DNA of 64,000 bases from an uncultured Candidatus Saccharimonadales bacterium (GTDB taxonomy: Bacteria; Patescibacteriota; Saccharimonadia; UBA4664). The translations under genes were made by a program, and so were the position numbers. Numbering within the stretch: position 1 is the first letter of the stretch; each line of letters starts with the position of its first letter. The notes below the pieces were generated by a model. It was given only the letters and a program-made list of their open reading frames with translations. It did not search any database and was not told the origin of the DNA. Positions 10,019 through 21,691 of the stretch are shown here, piece by piece. The stretch lies in NCBI GenBank assembly GCA_964505035.1, contig CAZDGK010000001.1, positions 12,270-76,269 of the forward strand. The letters run 5' to 3'.

Positions 10019-10519
10019 GTGTTGCCAACATCAGAACCAACACTCGTATCTGTTGCCAGAATCCCTAATGTGGCAATTGTCACCAAGGATCTGCTAACAG
10101 CCCATCAGCGACTCATGGCCACTTACGACCCAAGCAACCCGCCCAAGGTAGTCAATCTAAGGCAGATGATCCGCGATCCCAACACTGTCATGTTGGTGGC
10201 TATCGCCGGACCACAACCCAAAGGACGAGCCGCCTGGGTTACCCTAAAAGGAGCCGACATTGTCGGCAGCCTGACGCTTATCATCAACCGGACGCTCACC
10301 CAAACCGTGGGCTTCATACCGCACGTAGTGGTCGATCCAGCTCGCCAAAACGAGGGGATTGGCACCATGCTGGTTCGGGAAGCCCTCAGGGAGAGCAGGG
10401 GACGCGGCGTCACCAGAGTTGAGCTAACCTCGGGCCGAGATAAGCCAGCCGCCAATCACGTCTACGCCAAACTGGGGTTTCAGTTGCACGAAACCAACAA
10501 CTGGCGCTACATCCTGTAG
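10019..10519 (+). CDS. GNAT family N-acetyltransferase
   Basis: VVVDPARQNEGIG acetyl-CoA motif; A..VY.KLGF. Confidence 0.85.
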   Translation: MLPTSEPTLVSVARIPNVAIVTKDLLTAHQRLMATYDPSNPPKVVNLRQMIRDPNTVMLVAIAGPQPKGRAAWVTLKGADIVGSLTLIINRTLTQTVGFIPHVVVDPARQNEGIGTMLVREALRESRGRGVTRVELTSGRDKPAANHVYAKLGFQLHETNNWRYIL

Positions 10520-10589
10520 CCCATCAGCTCAACATTACCGGCCGGGCACCCTTGCGTGCTCGGCCGCTACCTTTAAGGCCTCAAGGCCG

Positions 10590-11126
10590 TCAGATCTCCA
10601 GCTCGGTGCAGCTACCAGGCTCCACCTCGAGCTTCCAAGTCTCCTCGTTGGACATCCCGCGCACCACAGCCAGTATCGAGTACACCACCCACTGCGATGT
10701 CACCACCAGCACAGCGTCATAGGACCGGGTACGCAATTCATCAATAAAACTACCCGCACGTACCTTGATGTCCTCAATCGACTCACCGCCGTTGAAGCGG
10801 GCCGTCCAGCGATTCGGCGCCGCCTCGAGCGCGTCCTTGAGCTCCTTGAATGGCCGGCCCTCAAACCCAGAGCGATGCTCATCCAGCCGCCGGTCAATCT
10901 CAATGGGCAGGTGATGAAACTGGTTAATAATCTCGGCCGTCTGCCGCGTTCGCTTCAGTTCTGACGCCATGATCCTGTCCAGCTGCACATCCTTTAGCCG
11001 CCTAGCCACAGCTTCAGCCTGCTCAATACCCACTGCCGTCAGGTGTACATCCACCGCCGGGTCGTAGTTGCATATATGCAGGTCGTTATAATTGGTGCGG
11101 CCGTGCCGGACCAGATAGAGTTTCAT
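10590..11126 (-). CDS. Histidine phosphatase family protein
   Basis: LVRHG.T..N, S.L.R..QTA and GGES motifs; the second His appears replaced (VVTSQ). Confidence 0.85.
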   Translation of the reverse strand: MKLYLVRHGRTNYNDLHICNYDPAVDVHLTAVGIEQAEAVARRLKDVQLDRIMASELKRTRQTAEIINQFHHLPIEIDRRLDEHRSGFEGRPFKELKDALEAAPNRWTARFNGGESIEDIKVRAGSFIDELRTRSYDAVLVVTSQWVVYSILAVVRGMSNEETWKLEVEPGSCTELEI

Positions 11127-11187
11127 AGCTTCATCATAGCGGCTCCCACTGCACAGCACCACCTAGGCAAACTGCTACAATAGCTCT

Positions 11188-11679
11188 ATGAGCAATTGGT
11201 ACCGTCCAACTACCGGCATCGACAAGCTGTTTGAAGGCGGCCTCATCATCAAAGGTTTCACTGGTCTGCTGGAGTTCTCCGCTGGCTTGGCGCTCGTGTT
11301 TGTGCGGCCCGACACCATTAGTCGGTTCGTCGCCACGCTCACTCAGCCCGAGCTAGCCGAGGACCCTCGCGATCGTCTCGTGCACTACCTCATGCAGTCG
11401 GTGCGCGAGCTAGGCGGCACCAGCCGGGCGTTTCTCATCGCCTACCTCTGGGTACATGCTGCCGTCAAGCTCATTGCCGTCATTGGCCTGCTCCGCAACC
11501 ACCTCTGGGCCTATCCGTTTTCGCTCATTACGCTCGGCCTGCTGATGCTCTACCAGGTCTATAGCATCATCTTCGTTAGCCCGTCCTTACTGATGATTGG
11601 CCTCACCTTGTTTGACGTCGTCGTGCTCTGGCTCATCTGGCATGAGTACGGCATTATGCGTCTCCGCCTCAAGCCATAA
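11188..11679 (+). CDS. DUF2127-like membrane protein
   Basis: IKG..GLLE, ELAEDP.D, YL..H..VKL, WAYP, YQ.Y. Confidence 0.75.
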   Translation: MSNWYRPTTGIDKLFEGGLIIKGFTGLLEFSAGLALVFVRPDTISRFVATLTQPELAEDPRDRLVHYLMQSVRELGGTSRAFLIAYLWVHAAVKLIAVIGLLRNHLWAYPFSLITLGLLMLYQVYSIIFVSPSLLMIGLTLFDVVVLWLIWHEYGIMRLRLKP

Positions 11680-11719
11680 CTCTTGTGCTTACACCAATCC
11701 GCCAGCTATCATTGAGCTA

Positions 11720-12484
11720 ATGCTCAAGACATTACTCCGCATCCGCATCAGCCTCATCAGCGCGCTGCTGCTCTGCCTGTTTGGCGCAGTCGTGCTCTTC
11801 TTGCCTCAGATGAAGCTCACCGCCGGCCAATTGGCCCTCTTCTCCGTCAACTCATTCCTCTTCGGCTACTATTTCGCACCACTCCTCTCGGCGCAGAAGT
11901 CACGAGTCGCCGCCCTCATTACCACCATCCGCCAGGAGCAAATGGTCATCCTCGACGTCCTCACCCAGTCACACTTGCTCAGTGATCGCATCCGCCATCA
12001 GCTCAAGATCCGGCTGCGCGTCTATCTCGAGAGCATTCTGGCCAACGACAAAGTCAGTGCCGACAACCGCTTCTACGACGAGCTGCTCTATTTCATCAAG
12101 CAGGTCAAGGGCGAGGACGCTGGGGTAGCAGGCACCATCTATGACCGCATCTGCAAAACCCAGGCCAACCGTGACGCCATGAACAACCTCTTCGCCGCCA
12201 AGGTTTACAGCCACGAATGGCTAGTCGCCACGGTACTATGGGGCATCACCTTATTTTTTGCCCTCCAGACCGATTATGGCCACAATCCGTTCTTCGGATT
12301 AATGCTTGTGATTCTCGCTACCGGCCTCACTCTGCTCATGGTAATCATGGTCAAGTTTGCCACGCTCACACACAAGGAGGCCAAGCGCATGTGGCAGCCA
12401 CTGCGTGACCTGCTCAAAAATCATTTCGAGGATGTCACAGCCGACGAAGTCCAGGCCATGCGTCATCGCATCAACCAAGCTTAG
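11720..12484 (+). CDS. Four-TM membrane protein (DUF4239-like)
   Basis: Two TM pairs flanking a helical soluble region; TATCAT 7 nt upstream of the ATG. Confidence 0.6.
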   Translation: MLKTLLRIRISLISALLLCLFGAVVLFLPQMKLTAGQLALFSVNSFLFGYYFAPLLSAQKSRVAALITTIRQEQMVILDVLTQSHLLSDRIRHQLKIRLRVYLESILANDKVSADNRFYDELLYFIKQVKGEDAGVAGTIYDRICKTQANRDAMNNLFAAKVYSHEWLVATVLWGITLFFALQTDYGHNPFFGLMLVILATGLTLLMVIMVKFATLTHKEAKRMWQPLRDLLKNHFEDVTADEVQAMRHRINQA

Positions 12485-12534
12485 TTAGCCCACAACCGGC
12501 CAGCGCGGCGCTTTAAGTTGCTATAATAGCTGGT

Positions 12535-12660
12535 ATGAATGTTGTGCATAGCCTGCTTACGCTAATCGTCAGCTTTTTCGACACCCTCATTACCTTGCTC
12601 AAGGCTTTTCTGGATGCGCTACAGAGCTTGTTGCACGGCTTAGTCAACTTGGTGCCGTAG
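12535..12660 (+). CDS. 41-aa amphipathic small protein (not in ORF track)
   Basis: MNVVHSLLTLIVSFFDTLITLLKAFLDALQSLLHGLVNLVP*. A consensus TG-C-TATAAT lies 7 nt upstream. Confidence 0.6.
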   Translation: MNVVHSLLTLIVSFFDTLITLLKAFLDALQSLLHGLVNLVP

Positions 12661-12677
12661 CCAGGCAGGCGACAGAC

Positions 12678-14485
<1,808 letters not shown>

Positions 14486-15343
14486 CTAGGCTCCTGCTTG
14501 GTTAATGGCTTCCGCGCCGCCGGTAATCTCGGCCAGCGACTGCGTAATCGCGGCCTGTCGCGCATCGTTGAGCGTCAATGTCAGGTCAGCCACCAGCTCC
14601 TTGGCGTTGTCGGTCGCGCTCATCATCGCCAGCATGCGGGCCGCCTGCTCACTAGCCCGGGCGTCCAGCACAGACTGCAGCAGTAGCGCCTCGAGCATCC
14701 GCCGGGTCGCAAAGTCCACCAGACGCGTCGGCCCCGGCTCCATTGTCTGCTCGTAGGGAGCCGCCGGCGTCGGCACGACCGGCAGGAGCTGCTGCACTTG
14801 CACATCCTGCCGCACCGTGTTCACAAACTGTGTCGACACCAGCTGTACACTATCAGCCGAGCCGTTCAGAAACAATTCCACAGCCTCATTGAGGATCGGC
14901 TGAGCCAGACCCGTCACGGCATCATGACCATCGATGTCGTAGGCCGCTACCTCTTCCACATCAGTCAGCCGGGCCACATGCAGCGCCGCCCGCCGCCCCA
15001 CGCAAATAGCCGACGCCACTACGCGCATCCCGGCTAGCCGCTGCGACAGCGCCCGCAGCACTTTGCTGTTGTATGCTCCAGCCAGACCTCGGTCGCCCGA
15101 CACGACGATCATCAATGCCCGGCGCACTGGCCGCACCTGGTACAGCTTTTGCTCAGCTAGGCCGTCCGTGCTCTGGAGGCTACTGAGCAGGGCCTTCATG
15201 CCCGCCGTATAGTCCCGCGCGGTCACAGCCGCGGCTTGTGCCCGGCGCAGCTTACTGGCCGCCACCAGCTGCATGGCCTTCGTGATCTGCCGGGTGCTAT
15301 TGACCGACCGAATCCGGTGCTTGATGGCCTGAAGCGTCGCCAC
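14486..15343 (-). CDS. atpG: ATP synthase F1 gamma subunit
   Basis: ITKAMQLVAASK, DRGLAGAYN, RQAAITQ.LAEI. Confidence 0.98.
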   Translation of the reverse strand: MATLQAIKHRIRSVNSTRQITKAMQLVAASKLRRAQAAAVTARDYTAGMKALLSSLQSTDGLAEQKLYQVRPVRRALMIVVSGDRGLAGAYNSKVLRALSQRLAGMRVVASAICVGRRAALHVARLTDVEEVAAYDIDGHDAVTGLAQPILNEAVELFLNGSADSVQLVSTQFVNTVRQDVQVQQLLPVVPTPAAPYEQTMEPGPTRLVDFATRRMLEALLLQSVLDARASEQAARMLAMMSATDNAKELVADLTLTLNDARQAAITQSLAEITGGAEAINQAGA

Positions 15344-16884
15344 TACTGTGCCTCCTCCTCAGTAGCAAAAGTCTTGGCGATACCTTTGGCCGCCTCGACC
15401 ACCGCCTCAATCTGCTCAGGCGTCGCCTTAGTACCACTCTGCAGGCTCTCAACCAGCTTGGCATGATGCTTACGCACGGTAGCAATCAGCTCCTGCATAG
15501 CCGGTGCCACCTGCTCGTGGGGTAGATTATCAAACGTCCCGCCAGTAGCAGCCAGCAGCACAATGATCTGATCTACCGTCCCGACCGGCTCAAACTGCTT
15601 CTGCTTCAATACCTCGGTCAGTAGCCGGCCGCGCGTAATCCGAGCCTTTGTATCATCATCCAGGTCGCTGCCAAACTGGGCAAACGCCGCCAGTTCGCGA
15701 AATTGCGCCAAATCCAGCCGCAATGTCCCCGCCACCGCCTTGAGCGCCTTGCTCTGAGCCTCGCCGCCCACCCGGCTAACACTCGCACCCACCGAAATCG
15801 CCGGCCGGATGCCTTGGTGAAACAGATTTGACTCGAGGAAAATCTGGCCGTCCGTAATCGAGATGACGTTGGTCGGAATGTACGCGCTAATGTCCCCGGC
15901 TTGCGTCTCGATGATTGGCAGGGCAGTCAGCGAGCCGGCACCCAGCTCGTCGCTGAGCTTGGCCGATCGCTCCAGCAATCGCGAGTGGAGGTAGAACACA
16001 TCACCCGGGTAGGCCTCACGGCCCGGCGGCCGGCGCAGCAGCAATGACAGCTGACGGTAGGCCACCGCATGCTTACTCAGATCATCATACACAATCAACG
16101 CGTGCTGCTTGTTGTCCCGGAACCACTCGCCAATAGCCGTCCCAGCATACGGCGCCAGATAGAGTAGGGAAGCCGGATCAGCCGGGCTGGTCGCCACCAC
16201 AATCGTCTGGTCCATTACACCCTCAGCCTTCAGCCGGTCCACCAACGCTGCTACCTTGCTCAGTCTCTGTCCGACCGCTACGTAGATATTAATGACACCG
16301 GTCTTCTCGCGCAGCTGGTTGATCATGGTGTCCACGGCCAAGGCTGTCTTGCCCGTCTGCCGGTCGCCAATAATCAGCTCGCGCTGGCCACGGCCAATCG
16401 GCGTCAGGGCATCAACCGCCGTAATGCCCGTCGGCAACGGCTCGTGCACACTGCGGCGCTCAATCACACCAGGCGCCCGGCGCTCCATCGGACCAAACGC
16501 ACTGGTCTTGGCCGGCCCCAGACCATCCAGCGGCCGCCCCAATGGGTCTACCACCCGCCCCACTAGCTCCGGGCCCACCGGCACCTGCAGCGCCCGACCG
16601 GTGAGCTTCACTTGGTCGCCAGCCCGCACCTGGTCTTCGCCAGCGAGCAGCACCGCGCCAATCTCATCCTCGCCCAGATTCAGCACAAACGCCTGCACCA
16701 CACCACCGGCCGTCTGCAGCTCGACAATTTCGCCAAAGCCACAATTGGCCAGACCGTACACCCACGCCACGCCGTCCCCAATCCGGGTCACGACGCCCGT
16801 CTGCTCCAGACCCTCTGTCTGCCGCAGACCAGCAATGGCTTCCTGCAGCTCCTGCGTCAGTTCGTTCACGTTCAGATTAGCCAT
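15343..16884 (-). CDS. atpA: ATP synthase F1 alpha subunit
   Basis: GDRQTGKT, RRPPGREAYPGDVFYLHSRLLER. Confidence 0.99.
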   Translation of the reverse strand: MANLNVNELTQELQEAIAGLRQTEGLEQTGVVTRIGDGVAWVYGLANCGFGEIVELQTAGGVVQAFVLNLGEDEIGAVLLAGEDQVRAGDQVKLTGRALQVPVGPELVGRVVDPLGRPLDGLGPAKTSAFGPMERRAPGVIERRSVHEPLPTGITAVDALTPIGRGQRELIIGDRQTGKTALAVDTMINQLREKTGVINIYVAVGQRLSKVAALVDRLKAEGVMDQTIVVATSPADPASLLYLAPYAGTAIGEWFRDNKQHALIVYDDLSKHAVAYRQLSLLLRRPPGREAYPGDVFYLHSRLLERSAKLSDELGAGSLTALPIIETQAGDISAYIPTNVISITDGQIFLESNLFHQGIRPAISVGASVSRVGGEAQSKALKAVAGTLRLDLAQFRELAAFAQFGSDLDDDTKARITRGRLLTEVLKQKQFEPVGTVDQIIVLLAATGGTFDNLPHEQVAPAMQELIATVRKHHAKLVESLQSGTKATPEQIEAVVEAAKGIAKTFATEEEAQ

Positions 16885-17269
16885 GCCGCACTCCTTCCAC
16901 CATCCGCGCCAAGCGGTGGCGCACCGTCGCGTCAAGCCCGGCCGTGGCCGTCTGGATGCTCACGCCGCCAATCACTTCCGGCGCCACTTGCTCGGCTAAT
17001 TCCAATTCGTTAGCACCCGTATCCCGCCGCAGCAGCACCTCAACCGCCTGGCGACCGGCAGCACTCAGCGGCTGTGCGCTCGTTACCCGAGCCGCCACAT
17101 AACCCCTCGCTGCCAGCTCGGCCGCCACATCCTGTGCCAGGTACACGGCCTGCCGGGCCCGCCGGCGCTCAGCCAGCCACCCGGCCGCCGCCTTTATCGC
17201 GGCATCGCGGTCTGGCGTGCCCAAACGATCAGCCAAAAACGTTGCCACGCGTGCCCGGGCCGACATCAC
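16877..17269 (-). CDS. atpH: ATP synthase delta subunit (short)
   Basis: VTSA.PL and PEVIGG...LDATV...L; lies between atpF and atpA. Confidence 0.88.
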   Translation of the reverse strand: MMSARARVATFLADRLGTPDRDAAIKAAAGWLAERRRARQAVYLAQDVAAELAARGYVAARVTSAQPLSAAGRQAVEVLLRRDTGANELELAEQVAPEVIGGVSIQTATAGLDATVRHRLARMVEGVRHG

Positions 17270-17760
17270 CGGCCCTCCAGGCTACGAATCAGCAGCGCCT
17301 CATCGTGCTGCTTGTCCAATTTCTCATCGAGCACCACCCCAGCCGCCTCAGCCACCAGCTGCGCAGTCTGGACCTTGAGAGCCTGCTGCGCATTAGCCAC
17401 GTCGCGGTCCAGCTGCTGCCGTGCGTCGCTAATAATGCGGTCGGCCCGGCTCGAGGCCTTGGCTTCCGCGTCCTTTACCAGCTTGGCCGCATCCGCCCGG
17501 GCCGCGTCGAGCAACTCACCAGCCGTGGCCCGCGCCTTCGTAATCGCCCCCGCCGCCGAAGCCTGGGCTTGGCGCATAGCCTTTTCGGCTTCGCGCTTGT
17601 ACCGCTCCGCCGCTTCCAGATCAGCCTGCTTGGTATCAAGCGCCCGCACCAGCGTCGGGTACACAAACCGCGCCATAATCCACACGATAGCCAAAAACGC
17701 CGCGGCGTTGACCGCCAAATTGCGCCAATCTAAACCTAGGGCTGTAAACAGCTGCTCCAA
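17266..17760 (-). CDS. atpF: ATP synthase Fo subunit b
   Basis: N-terminal TM (F..YP) followed by an Ala-rich coiled coil. Confidence 0.93.
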   Translation of the reverse strand: MEQLFTALGLDWRNLAVNAAAFLAIVWIMARFVYPTLVRALDTKQADLEAAERYKREAEKAMRQAQASAAGAITKARATAGELLDAARADAAKLVKDAEAKASSRADRIISDARQQLDRDVANAQQALKVQTAQLVAEAAGVVLDEKLDKQHDEALLIRSLEGR

Positions 17761-17767
17761 GAACCCT

Positions 17768-17983
17768 CTACTTCAGGAACTTAATGATTAGTGCCACCAC
17801 CAAGCCAATAATGGCCAGGGCGTCCACAAACGACATGGCCAAAATCATCATCGTGCGGACCTTGCCAAGCGCGTCGGGGTTCCGCCCCACCGCACTCACC
17901 GCCGCCCCGCCGACGATACCCAAACCCACCGCCGCCAAACCGCCAGCGATCGAATACGTCAGACCAAATGCCAATGAATCCAT
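17768..17983 (-). CDS. atpE: ATP synthase Fo subunit c
   Basis: G-rich helix, RNP loop, carboxylate in 'SFVDALAI'. No Q/E/S Na+ signature, so probably H+-coupled. Confidence 0.95.
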   Translation of the reverse strand: MDSLAFGLTYSIAGGLAAVGLGIVGGAAVSAVGRNPDALGKVRTMMILAMSFVDALAIIGLVVALIIKFLK

Positions 17984-18018
17984 ACGGTTATTCCTTTCCT
18001 CTCTTAGAATACACAATT

Positions 18019-18822
18019 CTAAGCATTAGCGCTTCCTGCCATGACCTCACGCGCTGGCGCCGGCTTAGGCTCAGTCGCCTGATGCGCCGAGCCGAGCGCG
18101 ATGAACACCGTCGTGAGCATAAAGAATACGTAGGCTTGAATGGTGCCGACAAACAGCTCCAGAGCCATAAACGGCACCAGCGTCAGCGGCGCCGCCCAAG
18201 CCGAGATGAAACTCATCACTGCCAGCAGCACCTCGCCACCAAAGATGTTGCCAAACAGCCGCATCGCCAGCGCAATCAGTCGCGAAAACTCCGCCACGAT
18301 ATCCAGCAGACCCTCCATCGCCTTACCGGGGTCATGGAACGGATTGGCAAAGTACCGCCCCAGGTTGCCTCGGAAGCCCAGGCTCCGTATCGCCCAAATC
18401 TGCGCCGTCACCATCGTGATAATGGCTAGCGCAAGGGTAAAGTTAAGATCCGCCGCCAGCCCCCGAAACAACGGCAGCCCGTTCCAAGTCACCGGCCCCA
18501 CAAACGGCAGTAGCTCGATCCAGTTATTAATCAGAATAAAGAAAAACATCGTGATGGCCAGCGGCGCCACCCGCCGAGCCTCTTCCTGCGAGCCCATCGC
18601 CTCCTCCACCGTGCCGAGAAGCAGCTCGAACACCCACAGTACCGCTACCGAAAACCGGTTGTAGCGCTTGGCCGCCACACGCTTGACGGTGTAGGCAAAG
18701 ATGCCAAACACCAGCACAGTCCCTAGCGCCCCCAGCACCATCGAGTTGCGCACCGCCAGCGGCCCGAGGTGAAACACCGGCTCGGCCACCAGCGTGACAT
18801 GCGGCTCAGCCGCCAGCCACAT
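18019..18822 (-). CDS. atpB: ATP synthase Fo subunit a
   Basis: ADLN.TLALA, RLFGNIFGGE, IQAYVF..L. Confidence 0.97.
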   Translation of the reverse strand: MWLAAEPHVTLVAEPVFHLGPLAVRNSMVLGALGTVLVFGIFAYTVKRVAAKRYNRFSVAVLWVFELLLGTVEEAMGSQEEARRVAPLAITMFFFILINNWIELLPFVGPVTWNGLPLFRGLAADLNFTLALAIITMVTAQIWAIRSLGFRGNLGRYFANPFHDPGKAMEGLLDIVAEFSRLIALAMRLFGNIFGGEVLLAVMSFISAWAAPLTLVPFMALELFVGTIQAYVFFMLTTVFIALGSAHQATEPKPAPAREVMAGSANA

Positions 18823-19073
18823 CACTGCACCCGCCTCAGCTGACGCCGCACCAGCCAAACCGACACGCCCAGTCCCAGCGGCACACTCAAGACCGTCAGC
18901 CACGGCTTCGTCTGCCAGTGCAGGTCAGCCCACAAACCACCCGCGGCTAGCAGAGCCGTCGGCAAAAGCATCCGCCAGCTGGTGTCGCCAAGCGTCCGCA
19001 GCAGCGTAAATACATTATCCAGATTGTCCACGGGGTCAACGCCGGGGCGGCTCGTCTCGGTTGGTTGGCTCAT
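18822..19073 (-). CDS. AtpZ/AtpI family protein
   Basis: Two TM helices, G...D....T.PW; first gene of the atp operon. Confidence 0.8.
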   Translation of the reverse strand: MSQPTETSRPGVDPVDNLDNVFTLLRTLGDTSWRMLLPTALLAAGGLWADLHWQTKPWLTVLSVPLGLGVSVWLVRRQLRRVQ

Positions 19074-19137
19074 ACGCTCACAGTCTTTCTTACCTCAACC
19101 ATAACAGAAACTAGCCTAGGCTGGTATAGTTAATAGT

Positions 19138-20076
19138 ATGAAACAGCCGGACCAACCGCTTGATCTGGTGATTATTGGCGCGGGCCCAGCCGGTCTGGCC
19201 GCTGCTGTCTACGCCACTCGCGAGGGGCTTCGGGTGGCAGTACTCGAAAGAGCTGTCGTCGGCGGACTCGCCGCCATCACCGCCACCATCGACAACTATC
19301 CCGGCTTCGACCAAGGGGTCGGCGGCCTGGAGCTAGCCGATCACCTCGCTGCCCATGCCCACCGCTTCGGCGCCGATCTTCGCACCGGTATCGAGGTCAC
19401 CAAGCTCGAGGCCGGCGACGGGGGAGTGCAGCTCACCACCAACCAGGGGCCACTCCACACCCGCAGCGCACTGGTGGCCACCGGCTCGAGCTATCGCCGG
19501 CTCGATGTGCCCGGCGAAGACCGGCTAGTGGGCCGGGGTGTGCACTACTGCGCCACCTGCGATGGTCCGCTCTACCGCGGCAAGGAACTCGTAGTGGTAG
19601 GCGGCGGCAATTCTGCCATGCAGGAGGGGCTATTCCTGGCCCGGTTCGCCAGCCATCTCACTATCTTGGTACGTGGCCACTCACTTGGCGGCACTACCAT
19701 CCTGCGCAATCAGCTTGCCGCCCTGCCCAACGTCTCGGTCGTCTACGACACCCCAGTCACCAGCCTGTCCAAAACTGGCGGCCGGGTGCAGGTCAACCAC
19801 TTGGGCCCAGCGGGGAAGGCCGGCCACCTCACTACCGATGGCGTGTTCGTCTTTGTTGGCCAGCAGGCAAATACCAAAGCCTTCGCCAGCACCCTCAAGC
19901 TCGACCCCCAGGGCTACATCATCACGACACCCGACTTTCGCACCAACCTACCCGGGGTCTACGCCGCCGGTGATGTGCGCTCCGGCAGCACGTGGCAAAT
20001 CGCCAGCGCCGTGGGTGACGGCGTCACAGCCGCCCTGGCCATCCGGGCCGCGCTCTCTGGATCTAGCCGCTCCTAA
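19138..20076 (+). CDS. trxB: Thioredoxin reductase
   Basis: GAGPAG, NYPGF, CATCDG, GGGNSA, YAAGD. Confidence 0.95.
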   Translation: MKQPDQPLDLVIIGAGPAGLAAAVYATREGLRVAVLERAVVGGLAAITATIDNYPGFDQGVGGLELADHLAAHAHRFGADLRTGIEVTKLEAGDGGVQLTTNQGPLHTRSALVATGSSYRRLDVPGEDRLVGRGVHYCATCDGPLYRGKELVVVGGGNSAMQEGLFLARFASHLTILVRGHSLGGTTILRNQLAALPNVSVVYDTPVTSLSKTGGRVQVNHLGPAGKAGHLTTDGVFVFVGQQANTKAFASTLKLDPQGYIITTPDFRTNLPGVYAAGDVRSGSTWQIASAVGDGVTAALAIRAALSGSSRS

Positions 20077-21386
20077 GGCGCTAGCCGCTTAGTGTCACGC
20101 GGGAATAGCGTGGCCTCCTTCACGTTGCCAAGTCCAATCAGCTCCTGCGTCACGCGCTCCAGCCCCATGCCAAACCCACCGTGCGGCGGCATACCATACT
20201 TGAAGGCCATCAGGAAGTTGCGGAAGCCCTCGCTGTCTGGGTCGCCCTTGGCCATTTTCTTTAGCTGAGCCACCAGCTTGTCGTAGTGGTGCTCACGCAT
20301 GCTAGTGGTCACCACCTCCACGCCCCGAAATAGCAAGTCAGCCCGCACTGCAATCTCTGGCCGCTCATCATCAATCTTGTGATAAAACTTCGCGTCCCGA
20401 GCCGGCCAGTCCGTCACAAACACCGCCTCGCTGCCCAGCTCTTTGGCGGCGTACTCGCAAACCCAGCGCTCTTCGGCTGGCAAAAGGTCCAGTTCGTCGC
20501 GAGTGTTCTCGCCGGTCGCCTTGGAATACAAGTCGTGGATCTCCGCCATCGTCAGTCGAGGCAGCTCCTCCTTGAGCTTTGGCTTAACCGCGCCCAGCAG
20601 TTCCAACTCGTCCTTGGCATGCTCCCAAGCATAGTCCACCATACAGCCGAGCAGCTCGCTGACCATCGTCAGCAGTTGGTCAAAGTCAATGAAACCGACC
20701 TCGGCATCGAGCGAAATATACTCGCTCATATGGCGCGTAGTCACACTGGGCTCAGCCCGGTACACCGGACCCATCTCATACACCCGCTCAAACACCCCCA
20801 CCATCATCTGCTTGTAGAATTGCGGTGATTGCGCCAGTGTGGCCACCTGGCCAAAGTAATCGGTCTTAAACACCTCGGCCCCGCCCTCCGTCGCACCAGG
20901 CAGCAGCTTGGGCGTGTGCACTTCGGTAAACCCACGCTCGTCAAAGTACTCCCGGAACGCCCGGCCCAGCGCTGCTTGTACACGAAAGATGGCCCGCTCG
21001 TTCAAGTTGCGCAAGCCGACTACGCGGTTGTCAAACAACGTGTCGAAGTTCTCGCTTTTGTGATCCAGCGGCTTGTCAATCTCGATCGGCATCACGTCGC
21101 TCACCGGGCTAATCACCGTCAGCTCCGGCTCATGCAGCTCCACGCCACCAGCTGCCCGCGGCTCATCGACCACCTTGCCTTTGATTCGTAGCACCGTGCC
21201 GGCATACAACCCCTCGAGCTTCGCCACCTGCTTTTCGTCCTTCACTACCGCCTGCACAATGCCACTACGGTCGCGCAACACCACAAAGCAGATACCGCCC
21301 AAGTCACGGCGCTTATGCAGCCAGCCACGTACCTCGACTACCTTGCCAATGTGTTTCTTCAATTCACCAATCACTAAATCGTGCAT
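20073..21386 (-). CDS. aspS: Aspartyl-tRNA synthetase, short archaeal type (possibly non-discriminating)
   Basis: OB fold (GWLH.RRDLG), LAQSPQFYKQ, YRAE.S.T.RH..EY, YGMPPHGGFG.GLER. No bacterial GAD insertion. Confidence 0.93.
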   Translation of the reverse strand: MHDLVIGELKKHIGKVVEVRGWLHKRRDLGGICFVVLRDRSGIVQAVVKDEKQVAKLEGLYAGTVLRIKGKVVDEPRAAGGVELHEPELTVISPVSDVMPIEIDKPLDHKSENFDTLFDNRVVGLRNLNERAIFRVQAALGRAFREYFDERGFTEVHTPKLLPGATEGGAEVFKTDYFGQVATLAQSPQFYKQMMVGVFERVYEMGPVYRAEPSVTTRHMSEYISLDAEVGFIDFDQLLTMVSELLGCMVDYAWEHAKDELELLGAVKPKLKEELPRLTMAEIHDLYSKATGENTRDELDLLPAEERWVCEYAAKELGSEAVFVTDWPARDAKFYHKIDDERPEIAVRADLLFRGVEVVTTSMREHHYDKLVAQLKKMAKGDPDSEGFRNFLMAFKYGMPPHGGFGMGLERVTQELIGLGNVKEATLFPRDTKRLAP

Positions 21387-21404
21387 CATCATCTCCTAAT
21401 AAAT

Positions 21405-21604
21405 ACCAAAAACGCCCCGCAACTGCCGGCGATGTACCGGTCAAGCTGCAAGGACGAGTCGTGTCGTGGTGCCACCTTGCTTTACCGCCTATTTATAAGC
21501 GGTCTTATTTGCAGCTATGACGGGCATACCCGGGGAGTTCTAGTGATGGCGCCAAGGCGGCCACGTTCTTCTCCCAGCTCAGCGGTGTCAGCCGCGTCGT
21601 AGCT
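21405..21604 (-). ncRNA. T-box riboswitch (Asp, GAC specifier) with terminator
   Basis: Minus strand: T-box AAGCAAGGTGGCACCACG (21482-21465), Stem III, Stem II with AGAA/GAA, CCGGG..GCCCGT IIA/B element, terminator CGTCCTTGCAGCT...AGTTGCGGGGCG-TTTTT. Confidence 0.88.
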
Positions 21605-21691
21605 TGTGACCTCTTTGTAGCACAAACTGGTCACACCAGCAACTCCATGCGTTACGTTGTCCTGACCCGCCCCATTCCGTACAATGCGATT

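Noticed and set aside
17768-17983. Na+-coupled ATP synthase
   Set aside because: Subunit c has Asp-Ala and lacks the Gln/Glu/Ser(Thr) sodium-binding set.
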